Assembly (NCBI GenBank): GCA_948433885.1
Contig: CAOJEC010000003.1
Coordinates: forward strand, 5,184-69,183
Source: an uncultured bacterium
GTDB taxonomy: Bacteria > Bacillota_I > Bacilli_A > RF39 > UBA660
Reading direction: 5' to 3'
Length of the DNA: 64,000 bases
The position numbers and the translations under genes were made by a program. Shown here one piece after another: positions 6,991 through 15,726 of this stretch; the stretch's first letter is position 1; the number at the start of each line of letters is the position of its first letter. The notes beneath the pieces are model-generated. The model saw only the letters and a program-made list of their open reading frames with translations, was not told the origin of the DNA and did no database searches.

Positions 6991-9054
6991 CTATGGTGGG
7001 CATGTTTCAATTTCTAATTTATTATTTTTGATTTTAAACATAATACTTCCTTCTTGATCTGTTCTATATATCTTTGAATCTTCTAAATTATCTAACACAC
7101 TAATATTTGGATGTCCATATCTATTATTCTTTCCTACGCTAATAACTGAATATTTAGGATTAATTTCATCAATAAAAGTTTTGCTAGAGCTTGTCTTACT
7201 CCCATGATGACCTACTTTTAATGCATCAATATTTTTTAAATTATATTTTTCTATTAAATCTTCTTCTACATCTACTCCTGCATCACCCATAAATAGAAAT
7301 TTATGATTATTAAGTTCTGTATAAATAACTGATGAATTATCATTCTCATTACCATAGTCTTTGTTATTTAAAAAATATAATTTATTGTTATCAATATTTA
7401 ATTCTTTAATACAAGAATAATACGGTATTTTCTTTTTAGCTAACACTTTAATTAATTCTTGTTCTAAATCATTAAACTCACCACAATTAAATATTACTTT
7501 CTCTACTTTGAAGTTATTTACTAAATTAATTGCTTCACCCATATGGTCATAGTCGCCATGAGTCAAAATTAGACTATCAACTCTATCTAAGCCGAGAGAA
7601 TGCAAATAAGTCACAATATTATCTGAGACTTTATAATTCGATTTACTATCGACTATGCCACCCGTATCTATGAGTACGATTTTTTTATTATGTTCGGTTC
7701 TTATGATAGCACAATCTCCTTGTCCGACATCCATGAATTCGACGTGTAGACTTGAGTCTAACAAAGGCTTAACCTTCCATAGCAAACATAATGTGATCAA
7801 AATCACGGCCGTCTTGTAAATCGATTTTCTTATAAATAAAATCAAAACGGCATAGTACAAAATGAATATCCAAGCGTTCAATTTAGGAACGATGAATATA
7901 AATTGATTTACCTCGGCACATATCGTATTGAGTAACTCCAAACCGTTTATAAACAATCCGGTTATCGGTTCTAACCACCTAACGAAGAAAGTCAATAAAC
8001 AAAGAGGATAGATGACAATCGAGACGAACGGAACGAACAACAAATTGAAAAACACACTTGCCAAATTGAACTTGTAAAAATTGTGTATCGTAATGGGTAA
8101 ACTGAACAAATTGGCTACCAAACTTGTTCCAAATATTTTGTGTTTCTCTATCGTCTTCGAAGAATAGATGAGTCCAAAAGTTGTTACATAAGAATATATA
8201 AAGCCCACATCGAATATCATTCTATAATCGAAAAGTACGAGAATCACCCCTACTAAAAATAACAGTTTGAGTTTTGGAATTTGCCAATTCGCCCATTTGT
8301 CTACCGCCACAAAAGTAAATAGAAGTCCTGCCCTAATCACACTTGCGCCGAAGCCTGCCAAGAAAGCATAAAACCAAATGAATATGACGACATACAAATC
8401 GACGTTTTTCTTTTTTATTTTACACTTTTTTAAAATCTTCCCTATTATCACCGCAAACAAACCGACATGCATACCCGATATTGCAAATAAATGTGTCACA
8501 CCATTGTCTCTATATTTCGAAAAAGTATCGTCATCCAACAACGATTTGTCTCCTATTATCATCGTATACAAATAATCTTTAATTTTAAAAGTCATCACCC
8601 TATCTATCACGGCGTTTTTGATTTTATAAAAAATGTTCATCGTTTTATCGATTACTTCTATCTCCTCGATAGTGCAAGTGTAATAAATTCCCTTATTGTA
8701 TAAATATTGACGATAATCGAAAGTATTGGGAACTGTATTCTTACTCGGTATCTTCAGCTTCCCCTTTACAGCTACCTTGCTCCCTAACGGTATGGATTTC
8801 CATAGATCTTCTTTCCGGTCGGCCTCGTCACTATAATAAGAACACAAAAGTGTTTCTTCTCCATCGAGTTCGAAAGATATTTTATTGCTTGTCACACTCC
8901 TTTTGACGACTGTCCCTTCGAAAACATCATCATCTATTTGATAAATAGAATTTCTCTCGACAGCCATCGCCAAGAATAGATGAACAATTGTCCCGATGAA
9001 TAAAAATACATAAAGTAAATTACCTTGAAGTACTCTTTTTATTTTGTTTTTCAT
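6991..9054 (-). CDS. comEC: DNA internalization competence protein ComEC/Rec2 (the 3' ~550 nt come from the inserted cassette)
   Basis: N-terminal OB-like region, a polytopic competence domain, and a C-terminal MBL domain (MDVGQGDC, THGDYDH, VGHHGS). It lies downstream of comEA. Confidence 0.9.
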   Translation of the reverse strand: MKNKIKRVLQGNLLYVFLFIGTIVHLFLAMAVERNSIYQIDDDVFEGTVVKRSVTSNKISFELDGEETLLCSYYSDEADRKEDLWKSIPLGSKVAVKGKLKIPSKNTVPNTFDYRQYLYNKGIYYTCTIEEIEVIDKTMNIFYKIKNAVIDRVMTFKIKDYLYTMIIGDKSLLDDDTFSKYRDNGVTHLFAISGMHVGLFAVIIGKILKKCKIKKKNVDLYVVIFIWFYAFLAGFGASVIRAGLLFTFVAVDKWANWQIPKLKLLFLVGVILVLFDYRMIFDVGFIYSYVTTFGLIYSSKTIEKHKIFGTSLVANLFSLPITIHNFYKFNLASVFFNLLFVPFVSIVIYPLCLLTFFVRWLEPITGLFINGLELLNTICAEVNQFIFIVPKLNAWIFILYYAVLILFIRKSIYKTAVILITLCLLWKVKPLLDSSLHVEFMDVGQGDCAIIRTEHNKKIVLIDTGGIVDSKSNYKVSDNIVTYLHSLGLDRVDSLILTHGDYDHMGEAINLVNNFKVEKVIFNCGEFNDLEQELIKVLAKKKIPYYSCIKELNIDNNKLYFLNNKDYGNENDNSSVIYTELNNHKFLFMGDAGVDVEEDLIEKYNLKNIDALKVGHHGSKTSSSKTFIDEINPKYSVISVGKNNRYGHPNISVLDNLEDSKIYRTDQEGSIMFKIKNNKLEIETCPP

Positions 9055-9271
9055 CTTTATGTTTATTATTCAATTTCGAACTGAAAGTCACAAATTCAGC
9101 TTCCATGATACGCATGTTGTCACTCGAAAAAGCTTCGCCAAACTCCGCCTCCAAAGTAGGCCCCAATTCTTCCAAAAACTTTTCGTATTTTTCTTCTCCA
9201 AATCTCAAATAATAATTATGTAAAAATTTCCCCATATTCATCCTAAAATCTTTAACATCATTTTTCTTCAT
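9020..9271 (-). CDS. Hypothetical 83-aa protein in the comE operon (in the position comEB occupies in Bacillus)
   Basis: A strong RBS (AGGAGGG) precedes the ATG at 9271. The gene is wedged between comEA and comEC and overlaps the comEC start by 35 nt. I recognise no family. Confidence 0.5.
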   Translation of the reverse strand: MKKNDVKDFRMNMGKFLHNYYLRFGEEKYEKFLEELGPTLEAEFGEAFSSDNMRIMEAEFVTFSSKLNNKHKDEKQNKKSTSR

Positions 9272-9280
9272 AATTCCCTC

Positions 9281-9997
9281 CTATAGTGTCAATTGATTTT
9301 TAATTTTTTCGTAAAGTGCTTCTCCGATGCCACTTACTTTTTGAATATCTTCGACTTTGTCAAAAGGACCATTGCTTTCCCGATATTCTATTATGGCCTT
9401 GGCTTTCGATTCACCTATGCCATCCAAAGTCAATAGCTCTTCTAAAGTTGCTTTGTTCAACGAAACTTTTTTATCCGATGACGGTTTTTGAGCATCGTCA
9501 TTTTTATTTTGATCGTTTCCATTGACCGACGGACATTCGGTTATCGTAACGGTCTCACATTCACATTTTGGAACTTCACAAACCACTTCGTTAGCCATTT
9601 CCTTCTTTTTGAGTTCGTCCTTCGTAAAAACGTACACGACCATCTCATCGTTAATCTTTTTAGAAAGATTGATATTGACGGTTGTGCCATTCTTGCCTAT
9701 TCCTCCTGCTGCGACGATTGCATCTTGAATCTTAGAACCGTCGTCTAATGTATAGACACCCGGTTTTTTGACTGCACCCTTGACGTCGACAGTCAACTGT
9801 TTAGATACTTCATCACCTTCATCAGTCACGTTTTCGAACTCATCTTCACAAAAGCATTCTTGACAATCGGAAACGTCGTGCAAACTCACATTGACATAGA
9901 TAAAACTTCCTACAAGCGAAATCAATCCAAAAAGGATAGCCAATATGCTTACCAAGTTACGTTTAACGATCTCAAAAATATCTTCCAAATAGTTCAT
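9281..9997 (-). CDS. comEA: Competence protein ComEA (DNA receptor)
   Basis: N-terminal transmembrane segment, an SLBB-like segment (VDVKGAVKKPGVYTL), and a C-terminal helix-hairpin-helix (LLTLDGIGESKAKAIIEYR...VSGIGEALYEKI). Confidence 0.85.
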   Translation of the reverse strand: MNYLEDIFEIVKRNLVSILAILFGLISLVGSFIYVNVSLHDVSDCQECFCEDEFENVTDEGDEVSKQLTVDVKGAVKKPGVYTLDDGSKIQDAIVAAGGIGKNGTTVNINLSKKINDEMVVYVFTKDELKKKEMANEVVCEVPKCECETVTITECPSVNGNDQNKNDDAQKPSSDKKVSLNKATLEELLTLDGIGESKAKAIIEYRESNGPFDKVEDIQKVSGIGEALYEKIKNQLTL

Positions 9998-10077
9998 AAC
10001 TTTTACCTCCCTCTACTATTATTCTACCGAAGAGTTTAAATTTTTCTCATTATTTTTTTCATTTTGGATAAAAAAGT

Positions 10078-10089
10078 GAACATTTGTTC
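10078..10089. promoter_or_regulatory. Cheo-box-like palindrome GAACATTTGTTC (possible LexA operator)
   Basis: It matches GAAC-N4-GTTC in the comEA / RHH-gene intergenic region. About one such match is expected by chance in 64 kb. Confidence 0.25.
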
Positions 10090-10294
10090 GTATCTTCTTC
10101 CAAAAATAAAAATTGACAAATCTCGTCATTGCCAATTTTACTTTTTCTTTTGCCTATATACACTGCCTATTATCATAACTTTTGACTGTTTTTCATTTTC
10201 TGCTGAAAATACACCCTATTTTTCGACCGATAGCATAATGCAGGCATAATTTTTTGCCATTTTTTGTTAATCTATATACAAAAGGAGTACCGCG

Positions 10295-10450
10295 ATGAAT
10301 AAAGAAGTTATCTACGTACGTATCGACGAAGATCTGAAGAAAACCCTCGATATGCTTGCTTTAGAGGAGCAGAGAAGTTTAAACAATTTGGTTGTTCGCA
10401 TCCTTTCTCGATACGTCGAACAAAAGAAAAAAGACACTGTCAAACAGTAG
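10295..10450 (+). CDS. Ribbon-helix-helix (CopG/Arc-like) small DNA-binding protein, 51 aa (absent from the ORF track)
   Basis: AAGGAG lies 7 nt upstream of the ATG. MNKEVIYVRIDEDLKKTLDMLALEEQRSLNNLVVRILSRYVEQ fits a beta-strand / helix / helix RHH pattern. A terminator follows. Confidence 0.6.
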   Translation: MNKEVIYVRIDEDLKKTLDMLALEEQRSLNNLVVRILSRYVEQKKKDTVKQ

Positions 10451-10456
10451 TCTCTC

Positions 10457-10473
10457 AGCCCAAAGGGCTTTTT
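10457..10473. terminator. Short bidirectional hairpin terminator (agccc-aaa-gggct plus T-run)
   Basis: It sits between the convergent RHH gene and rseP. Confidence 0.5.
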
Positions 10474-10480
10474 AAATTTT

Positions 10481-11545
10481 CTAAAATAAATTTATTACAT
10501 CTTTGATCGCGATCATGAGCATCAGTAACATCAAAAGTGCAAACCCTATCGAATTGATCGCATTTTCTATCTTTTGATTCATCTTCTTGCCACGCAACTT
10601 TTCGATGATCAACAATAGTACGCGACCTCCATCACATGCAGGGAAAGGCAAAATGTTGATAAATCCTAAATTCAAACTCAAGTATGCCATCAAATATATT
10701 ACCGATTCGACACTCGTCTTCGCAGCTTCTCCAACAATCGAATACATTCCGACCGGACCTGATAAAGCATTCAAAGATAATTGTCCCGTACATAGAGACC
10801 AAATTATAGACCCCATAGAAGATATGATCGATCCCGATTTGACAAAAGCATACTCGAGAGCAGAAACAAATCCTCTTTTTTTGGTCGTATCTTGACCTAT
10901 ACCGAAGACTTTACTTTCTTTGCCGTCTTCACCTTTTACTATTTTAGGAAGAACTTCGTATTCCTCAATATCGCCATTCGGTTTCTCCACTTTGAACAAA
11001 TATTCACTATCGTCATGATTCAAACTTAGTATGAGCATTATTTTATCCCAATTTGTAGCCTTTTTGCCATCGATACTTAACACTCTATCACCTTCGCGAA
11101 TACCTGCTTCATAAACGGGGTACCCTTCTGGAACGACTCCGACTATGCTCGATTGATCGGATGATCCCCAAATCAATGCCGAGATGAACAATAGTAAGAA
11201 ACCGGTGATAAAGTTCATAGTCACTCCGGCGATGAGAATTAAACATCTCTCCCAAATTTTCTTGTTGCACATATAATCGGATTTTTTCAATTTGACATCT
11301 TCATTGTCATCTTCATTGACTTCACCCGCAATCGCACAAAAACCTCCGATTGGAAACAAGCGAAGACTATAAAGTGTAGGATCTCCGGACTCTTTCTTTC
11401 TTTTGAAACTAAAAATCTTAGGACCCATACCTAGAGCAAACTCGTAAACGTATGCCCCTCTATTCTTGGCCGTTAAAAAATGACCCAATTCGTGAACGAA
11501 TATCAATATTCCTAAAATTACTATCAATAATATAAACGCTATCAT
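10481..11545 (-). CDS. rseP: Regulated intramembrane site-2 protease RseP/RasP (M50, with PDZ domain)
   Basis: HELGHF motif, a central PDZ-like segment, a C-terminal NxxPxxxxDGG motif, and the conserved position downstream of cdsA. Confidence 0.9.
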   Translation of the reverse strand: MIAFILLIVILGILIFVHELGHFLTAKNRGAYVYEFALGMGPKIFSFKRKKESGDPTLYSLRLFPIGGFCAIAGEVNEDDNEDVKLKKSDYMCNKKIWERCLILIAGVTMNFITGFLLLFISALIWGSSDQSSIVGVVPEGYPVYEAGIREGDRVLSIDGKKATNWDKIMLILSLNHDDSEYLFKVEKPNGDIEEYEVLPKIVKGEDGKESKVFGIGQDTTKKRGFVSALEYAFVKSGSIISSMGSIIWSLCTGQLSLNALSGPVGMYSIVGEAAKTSVESVIYLMAYLSLNLGFINILPFPACDGGRVLLLIIEKLRGKKMNQKIENAINSIGFALLMLLMLMIAIKDVINLF

Positions 11546-11557
11546 ACGTGTTCCTCC

Positions 11558-12352
11558 TTAAATGAACGCCCTCAATAAGACGAAGACAATCGTCACGAAA
11601 GTGAGACTATCTATTCTATCTAATATGCCACCATGACCTGGTATCAAATTAGAAAAATCTTTGATCTCGTACTCCCTTTTGATCGCACTGTAAAACAAAT
11701 CACCAAGTTCGCATACGAAACTCATCAAAGCGATAACCGGAATCACTGTCCACAAAGCTGCATTTCCAATCGCAGTCATATAGTACAAAGAAGATAAGAT
11801 AGTTGCCATGACGACTCCACCTATGAAACCTTCTAAGCTTTTATTTGCACTTATCGCCGTGATGTTTTTGTGTTTTCCTATCATAACTCCTGTAAAGTAT
11901 GCGAATGTATCGGTCAAGATAGTCACCAATAATATCAAAAAGAAATACATTTTATCGTAAATCATGATGTTAGTGAGCAAGTTGAGTGTTATTCCTATGA
12001 ACATCACGAATCCCATCAACCAAAATGCATCTCTCGTCGTATATTTTTTTGTCTTGTAGTAAAATATTGAAGGCAACAACATAGCCAAGACGGAAAAAGA
12101 TATATAACGATAATCGAGTCCGATCGTTCCATAAGTCAGCTCCCTATTGGAAAAGATCAGCAAAAGTATCACTATCAAACCTATTAATATAATACCTAAA
12201 GGATAGTTCTTCTTTCCCTTAAGTTCTATGATCTCTTTGAAAGCCATTACACCTAACAATCCTACTCCTATTCGAAATGGCCATCCGCCTATGATGAGAA
12301 GAGGAATACATATTGCAGCCATCAAAAGAGCACTCACAATTCGTTTTTTCAT
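11558..12352 (-). CDS. cdsA: Phosphatidate cytidylyltransferase
   Basis: A polytopic membrane protein with the C-terminal signature SxxKRxxxxKDxxxxxPGHGGxxDRxDS. The start is set at the ATG at 12352, preceded by AGGTGA. Confidence 0.9.
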   Translation of the reverse strand: MKKRIVSALLMAAICIPLLIIGGWPFRIGVGLLGVMAFKEIIELKGKKNYPLGIILIGLIVILLLIFSNRELTYGTIGLDYRYISFSVLAMLLPSIFYYKTKKYTTRDAFWLMGFVMFIGITLNLLTNIMIYDKMYFFLILLVTILTDTFAYFTGVMIGKHKNITAISANKSLEGFIGGVVMATILSSLYYMTAIGNAALWTVIPVIALMSFVCELGDLFYSAIKREYEIKDFSNLIPGHGGILDRIDSLTFVTIVFVLLRAFI

Positions 12353-12401
12353 TCTATTCACCTATAATCATTATAGTTTAATTTGTTCAAAAAATAAAGT
12401 A

Positions 12402-13154
12402 TTAATCGCGATTCATTGTAAAATGAGCCTTTAAAAATTCTTTTTCATGCACATCTTTTATATAATTGGTTCTATTTTTGAACATATTCTTCATCTTAGA
12501 AATATCGATCCTCGAATAATAAAAATCGTAAGTCATTCTTTCGACATAAAATTTGGCAAGTGCATATTTTCTCATCTTGAATTCTTCGATTATGGTAAAA
12601 ATTAAAAAGGCAAAGACGAATATGTTGTTTTCGATCAATTCGAAGGCAAACAATATAGACGCCCCTAGAAAGAGAATGCTCATCGTCAAAGTGCAAATGT
12701 AAGATATTTTATAAGGTACGATCAACTCTACTAACGATTTTACGATCTTATATCCATCTAAAGGACAAATCGGCACCAAATTGAATCCGATTATGAAAGT
12801 ATTGTAAGTAGATATAAATTCGAATGTACCATCATTCAAAAAACCTAAGTTGTATATTGCAAAGAAAACGTATCCCAATATCGTTTGAAAGAAAATGCCT
12901 CCTACAGCGATCAACAAATCTTCGAATATGTCGTCGCTTATTTTCCCTTCCATTCGAGTTAGTCCTCCAAATGGAAGTAGTTCGATAGAAAGTATTTTTC
13001 TTCCAAACAGTTTGGCCATCACGACATGTCCCAATTCGTGTACGAGAATTATGAAAAAAATACAAAATATGTATTTGAAATACCCTGTCAAAAGACTGAC
13101 CAAGCATATCAACAAGGTCAAAGGGTGTAATCGAATTTTACTTGACGACTTCAT
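12402..13154 (-). CDS. spoIVFB: M50 site-2 metalloprotease, SpoIVFB-like (pro-sigma-K processing candidate)
   Basis: HELGHV and NLVPICPLDG motifs. It overlaps the stop of an upstream M23-like gene, as in the spoIVFA-spoIVFB operon. It is shorter than B. subtilis SpoIVFB and has no obvious CBS domain. Confidence 0.6.
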   Translation of the reverse strand: MKSSSKIRLHPLTLLICLVSLLTGYFKYIFCIFFIILVHELGHVVMAKLFGRKILSIELLPFGGLTRMEGKISDDIFEDLLIAVGGIFFQTILGYVFFAIYNLGFLNDGTFEFISTYNTFIIGFNLVPICPLDGYKIVKSLVELIVPYKISYICTLTMSILFLGASILFAFELIENNIFVFAFLIFTIIEEFKMRKYALAKFYVERMTYDFYYSRIDISKMKNMFKNRTNYIKDVHEKEFLKAHFTMNRD

Positions 13155-13776
13155 CGTATTCTAAAAAGTCACTTCCCTTTTTAAAAGTCATGTATATTTT
13201 TTCCCCATCAGCAGTGCCCAAATAGTTTCCTTTGCTGACATAATCGTACAAAGACACCGACAAATTGGTCACATTCGAATACCAATAATCTACTTCGTCG
13301 ATCCCTTGGATGATGACAGTATTCCCGTATCCTTCCTTTTCACCCATGAAGACGACGATTCCCGAATTGACGATCGGAACGAGGTAATTTTTTTTGACTT
13401 TGAGCTCGTATCCGTCTTTGTAATTGGCAATTTCTTCGTATGTCATCTCTTCTGAAAAAACTGTTTGATCGTTTTTTAGAAATTTTTCAAATGGCAAAAC
13501 GTCTCCAAAATATTTATTATAAAGATTTGCTATTCCCGTGAAGGATATGTTTTCTCTGAGTACTTTTTCTTCGATAAAAGCCTCGCCTATTTCAGTAGTA
13601 TTGATGGCGATCGTCGCAGCAAAAAATATTATGACGGCGATTAAAAACCTCGTGATCAAAAAATTGACGTATTTGCGTGTTTTATCGTCCATGTCTTTGT
13701 TGTTACCGACACTTCCACTCGTCACTTCGTTTCTTCGTTTTTTCATGCGCATTTTGTATTCTTCTATTTCGTTCAT
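13138..13776 (-). CDS. spoIVFA: Degenerate M23/LytM-domain membrane protein, SpoIVFA-like
   Basis: N-terminal basic region plus a transmembrane segment. The C-terminal LytM-like fold (GIVVFMGEKEGYGNTVIIQG...) lacks the HxxxD/HxH metal ligands. It is paired with the M50 protease. Confidence 0.55.
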   Translation of the reverse strand: MNEIEEYKMRMKKRRNEVTSGSVGNNKDMDDKTRKYVNFLITRFLIAVIIFFAATIAINTTEIGEAFIEEKVLRENISFTGIANLYNKYFGDVLPFEKFLKNDQTVFSEEMTYEEIANYKDGYELKVKKNYLVPIVNSGIVVFMGEKEGYGNTVIIQGIDEVDYWYSNVTNLSVSLYDYVSKGNYLGTADGEKIYMTFKKGSDFLEYDEVVK

Positions 13777-13835
13777 CACCGATTTCACCCATTTAATTTT
13801 ATTTTACTGATACAAAAAAAAGAATAGCAAAATCG

Positions 13836-15209
13836 CTATTCTACGTTCAATTTTTCGACTAAATCCGAGTATTCTTTTTTGATTTCTTCCAGTCTATCTT
13901 CCGTTTTAGCTTCGAATCTCAAAGTCAAATTAGGACCTGTATTACTAGCCCGTACCAAAGCCCATCCATCGTCGTATTGGACTCTCACCCCATCTACGGT
14001 GATTATAGAGTACCCCTTCTCTTCGGCATACTTTTTGACTCCGTCGACTACCTCAAATTTTTTATGTTCGAAAGATGGCACTTTTATCTCAGGTGTACTA
14101 TAGTACTTATTGAATTTACTGTACAATTCACTCATGCAGGTATCATTTTTAGCAATTATCTCCAACAATCTTAAAGATGCATATATTCCATCGTCGAACC
14201 CATCCCATCTATCTCTGAAGAAAAGATGTCCGGAGAGTTCTCCACCGAATGCCAAGTCCATCTCTTTTATTTTGTTCTTTTGATAAGAATTTCCCGTCCT
14301 ATAGATGAACGGTTTTCCACCCAAACGTACAATTTCGTCTTCCAATTGCTTCGAGCATTTGACGTCGAACAAAGCAGTCTTATTCTCGACCTCCGGCATC
14401 AAATCATTCCAAATGACTGCCATCAAAGTATCGACACTGACAAAATTACCTTTTTCGTCGATTATACCAAGTCTATCTGCGTCTCCATCCAAGCCAATAC
14501 CCAAATCCGCTCCATTTTCTATCACGCTTTTTTTCAATTGAGACATGTTCTCTTCGACACTAGGATCGGGATGATGATTAGGAAATGATCCATCCGATTC
14601 ATCGTTGATGTAGATCGTCTCGACGTTCAATTTTTCAAAAATGTCGTGAACGACTATCGAAGGAGAAGCATTGGCAGGATCGACAACTACTTTCAGTTTT
14701 TTAGGCAAATCTATATCCTCGATCACTCGTTCTACATATGCACTTTTTATATCGACTTCACTTAGTGTACCGACACCTTCGGCGAACTTCCCTGTAACCG
14801 CGATATTGTATAACTCCTTTACACTTTCACCACAAGCATTGTTATAGTCACTCAGTGCGATTTTAAATCCGTTATCTCCGACTGGATTGTGACTCGCAGT
14901 GACCATGACTCCCGTATCTATACCTAAGTGGAGACATGCGAAATAGTACATCGGAGTCGTCACCAACCCCAAATATTTGACGTCCATACCTGTACTCAAA
15001 ATTCCTTTTAACAATGCATCGGTGAGTTCTTCTCCACTGAGACGATTATCGTGACCGACGACACATTCTTTTTTCCCAAGGCTTCGCACCTTTGTTCCGT
15101 ACGAAAGTCCGATTGTATAGGCAGTCTCTTTATCTATTTGAGTTCCATATTCTCCTCTTATATCGTATTCTCTAAATATTGTCTTGTTCAAATCTTTTTT
15201 TACTTCCAT
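13836..15209 (-). CDS. Phosphomannomutase/phosphoglucomutase family enzyme
   Basis: FREYDIRG, TASHNP, GLDGDADR and GELSGH motifs. Confidence 0.85.
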   Translation of the reverse strand: MEVKKDLNKTIFREYDIRGEYGTQIDKETAYTIGLSYGTKVRSLGKKECVVGHDNRLSGEELTDALLKGILSTGMDVKYLGLVTTPMYYFACLHLGIDTGVMVTASHNPVGDNGFKIALSDYNNACGESVKELYNIAVTGKFAEGVGTLSEVDIKSAYVERVIEDIDLPKKLKVVVDPANASPSIVVHDIFEKLNVETIYINDESDGSFPNHHPDPSVEENMSQLKKSVIENGADLGIGLDGDADRLGIIDEKGNFVSVDTLMAVIWNDLMPEVENKTALFDVKCSKQLEDEIVRLGGKPFIYRTGNSYQKNKIKEMDLAFGGELSGHLFFRDRWDGFDDGIYASLRLLEIIAKNDTCMSELYSKFNKYYSTPEIKVPSFEHKKFEVVDGVKKYAEEKGYSIITVDGVRVQYDDGWALVRASNTGPNLTLRFEAKTEDRLEEIKKEYSDLVEKLNVE

Positions 15210-15210
15210 A

Positions 15211-15726
15211 TTAACCGAATATTCCTTTCAAAATCCCATATGAGAAAATCATCATTATGACTCCTGCGATGAAGACACCCAAGAGAGCCGCTAAGAAACT
15301 TTTTTTCTTATCTAATCCTAGTAGCACAGCCAAAAAACATCCTGTCCATGCTCCACTTCCCGGCAACGGTACAGCCACGAATAGCATTATTCCCAAATAT
15401 CCATATTTCTCTATCGAGCTTTTCTTTTTCAATGTCTTTTCTTTAAATCGAGTGATGAGTTGCCCCAATTTTTTAAATCTCATCAAGAATTCCAGCACAG
15501 CCTCTATCAAGAAAAGCACGAACGGGATGATGAGTATGTTGGCAACCATACATACTATGAAAGCCCAAAGCGGCTCGATATCCAACAAAGAAGCGGCGAT
15601 CAATCCTCCGCGCAGTTCCAAAATCGGCATCAACGATATTATGAAGATGAGTGCATATTTTCCAAACAAACTGCCCGTAATTCCTCCAAATACTCCCAAA
15701 ATGCTCTTGACTAGTTTACTTGCCAT
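15211..15726 (-). CDS. Small multidrug-export-like membrane protein (COG2426-type)
   Basis: The LELRGGL motif and four transmembrane segments. The start is set at the ATG at 15726 (MASKLV), preceded by AAGGAG. Confidence 0.55.
   Translation of the reverse strand: MASKLVKSILGVFGGITGSLFGKYALIFIISLMPILELRGGLIAASLLDIEPLWAFIVCMVANILIIPFVLFLIEAVLEFLMRFKKLGQLITRFKEKTLKKKSSIEKYGYLGIMLFVAVPLPGSGAWTGCFLAVLLGLDKKKSFLAALLGVFIAGVIMMIFSYGILKGIFG

Larger units (their letters stand above)
5370..7537. mobile_element. AT-rich ~2.2 kb insertion cassette in comEC (new comEC 3' end plus two cargo genes). No integrase is present.
   Basis: It is bounded by an 18/23-identical block (5347-5369 vs 7538-7560) that encodes HGDYDHMG. 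Inside, GC drops to about 27%. Confidence 0.6.

Noticed and set aside
5379-7537. An integrase or transposase within the comEC cassette
   Set aside because: None of the three ORFs shows recombinase motifs. I therefore describe the cassette as an insertion or replacement of unknown mechanism, not as an autonomous element.
10064-10249. 61-aa plus-strand ORF in the comEA upstream region
   Set aside because: It is low-complexity and hydrophobic, as expected from AT-rich DNA. It has no RBS and lies in a promoter region.
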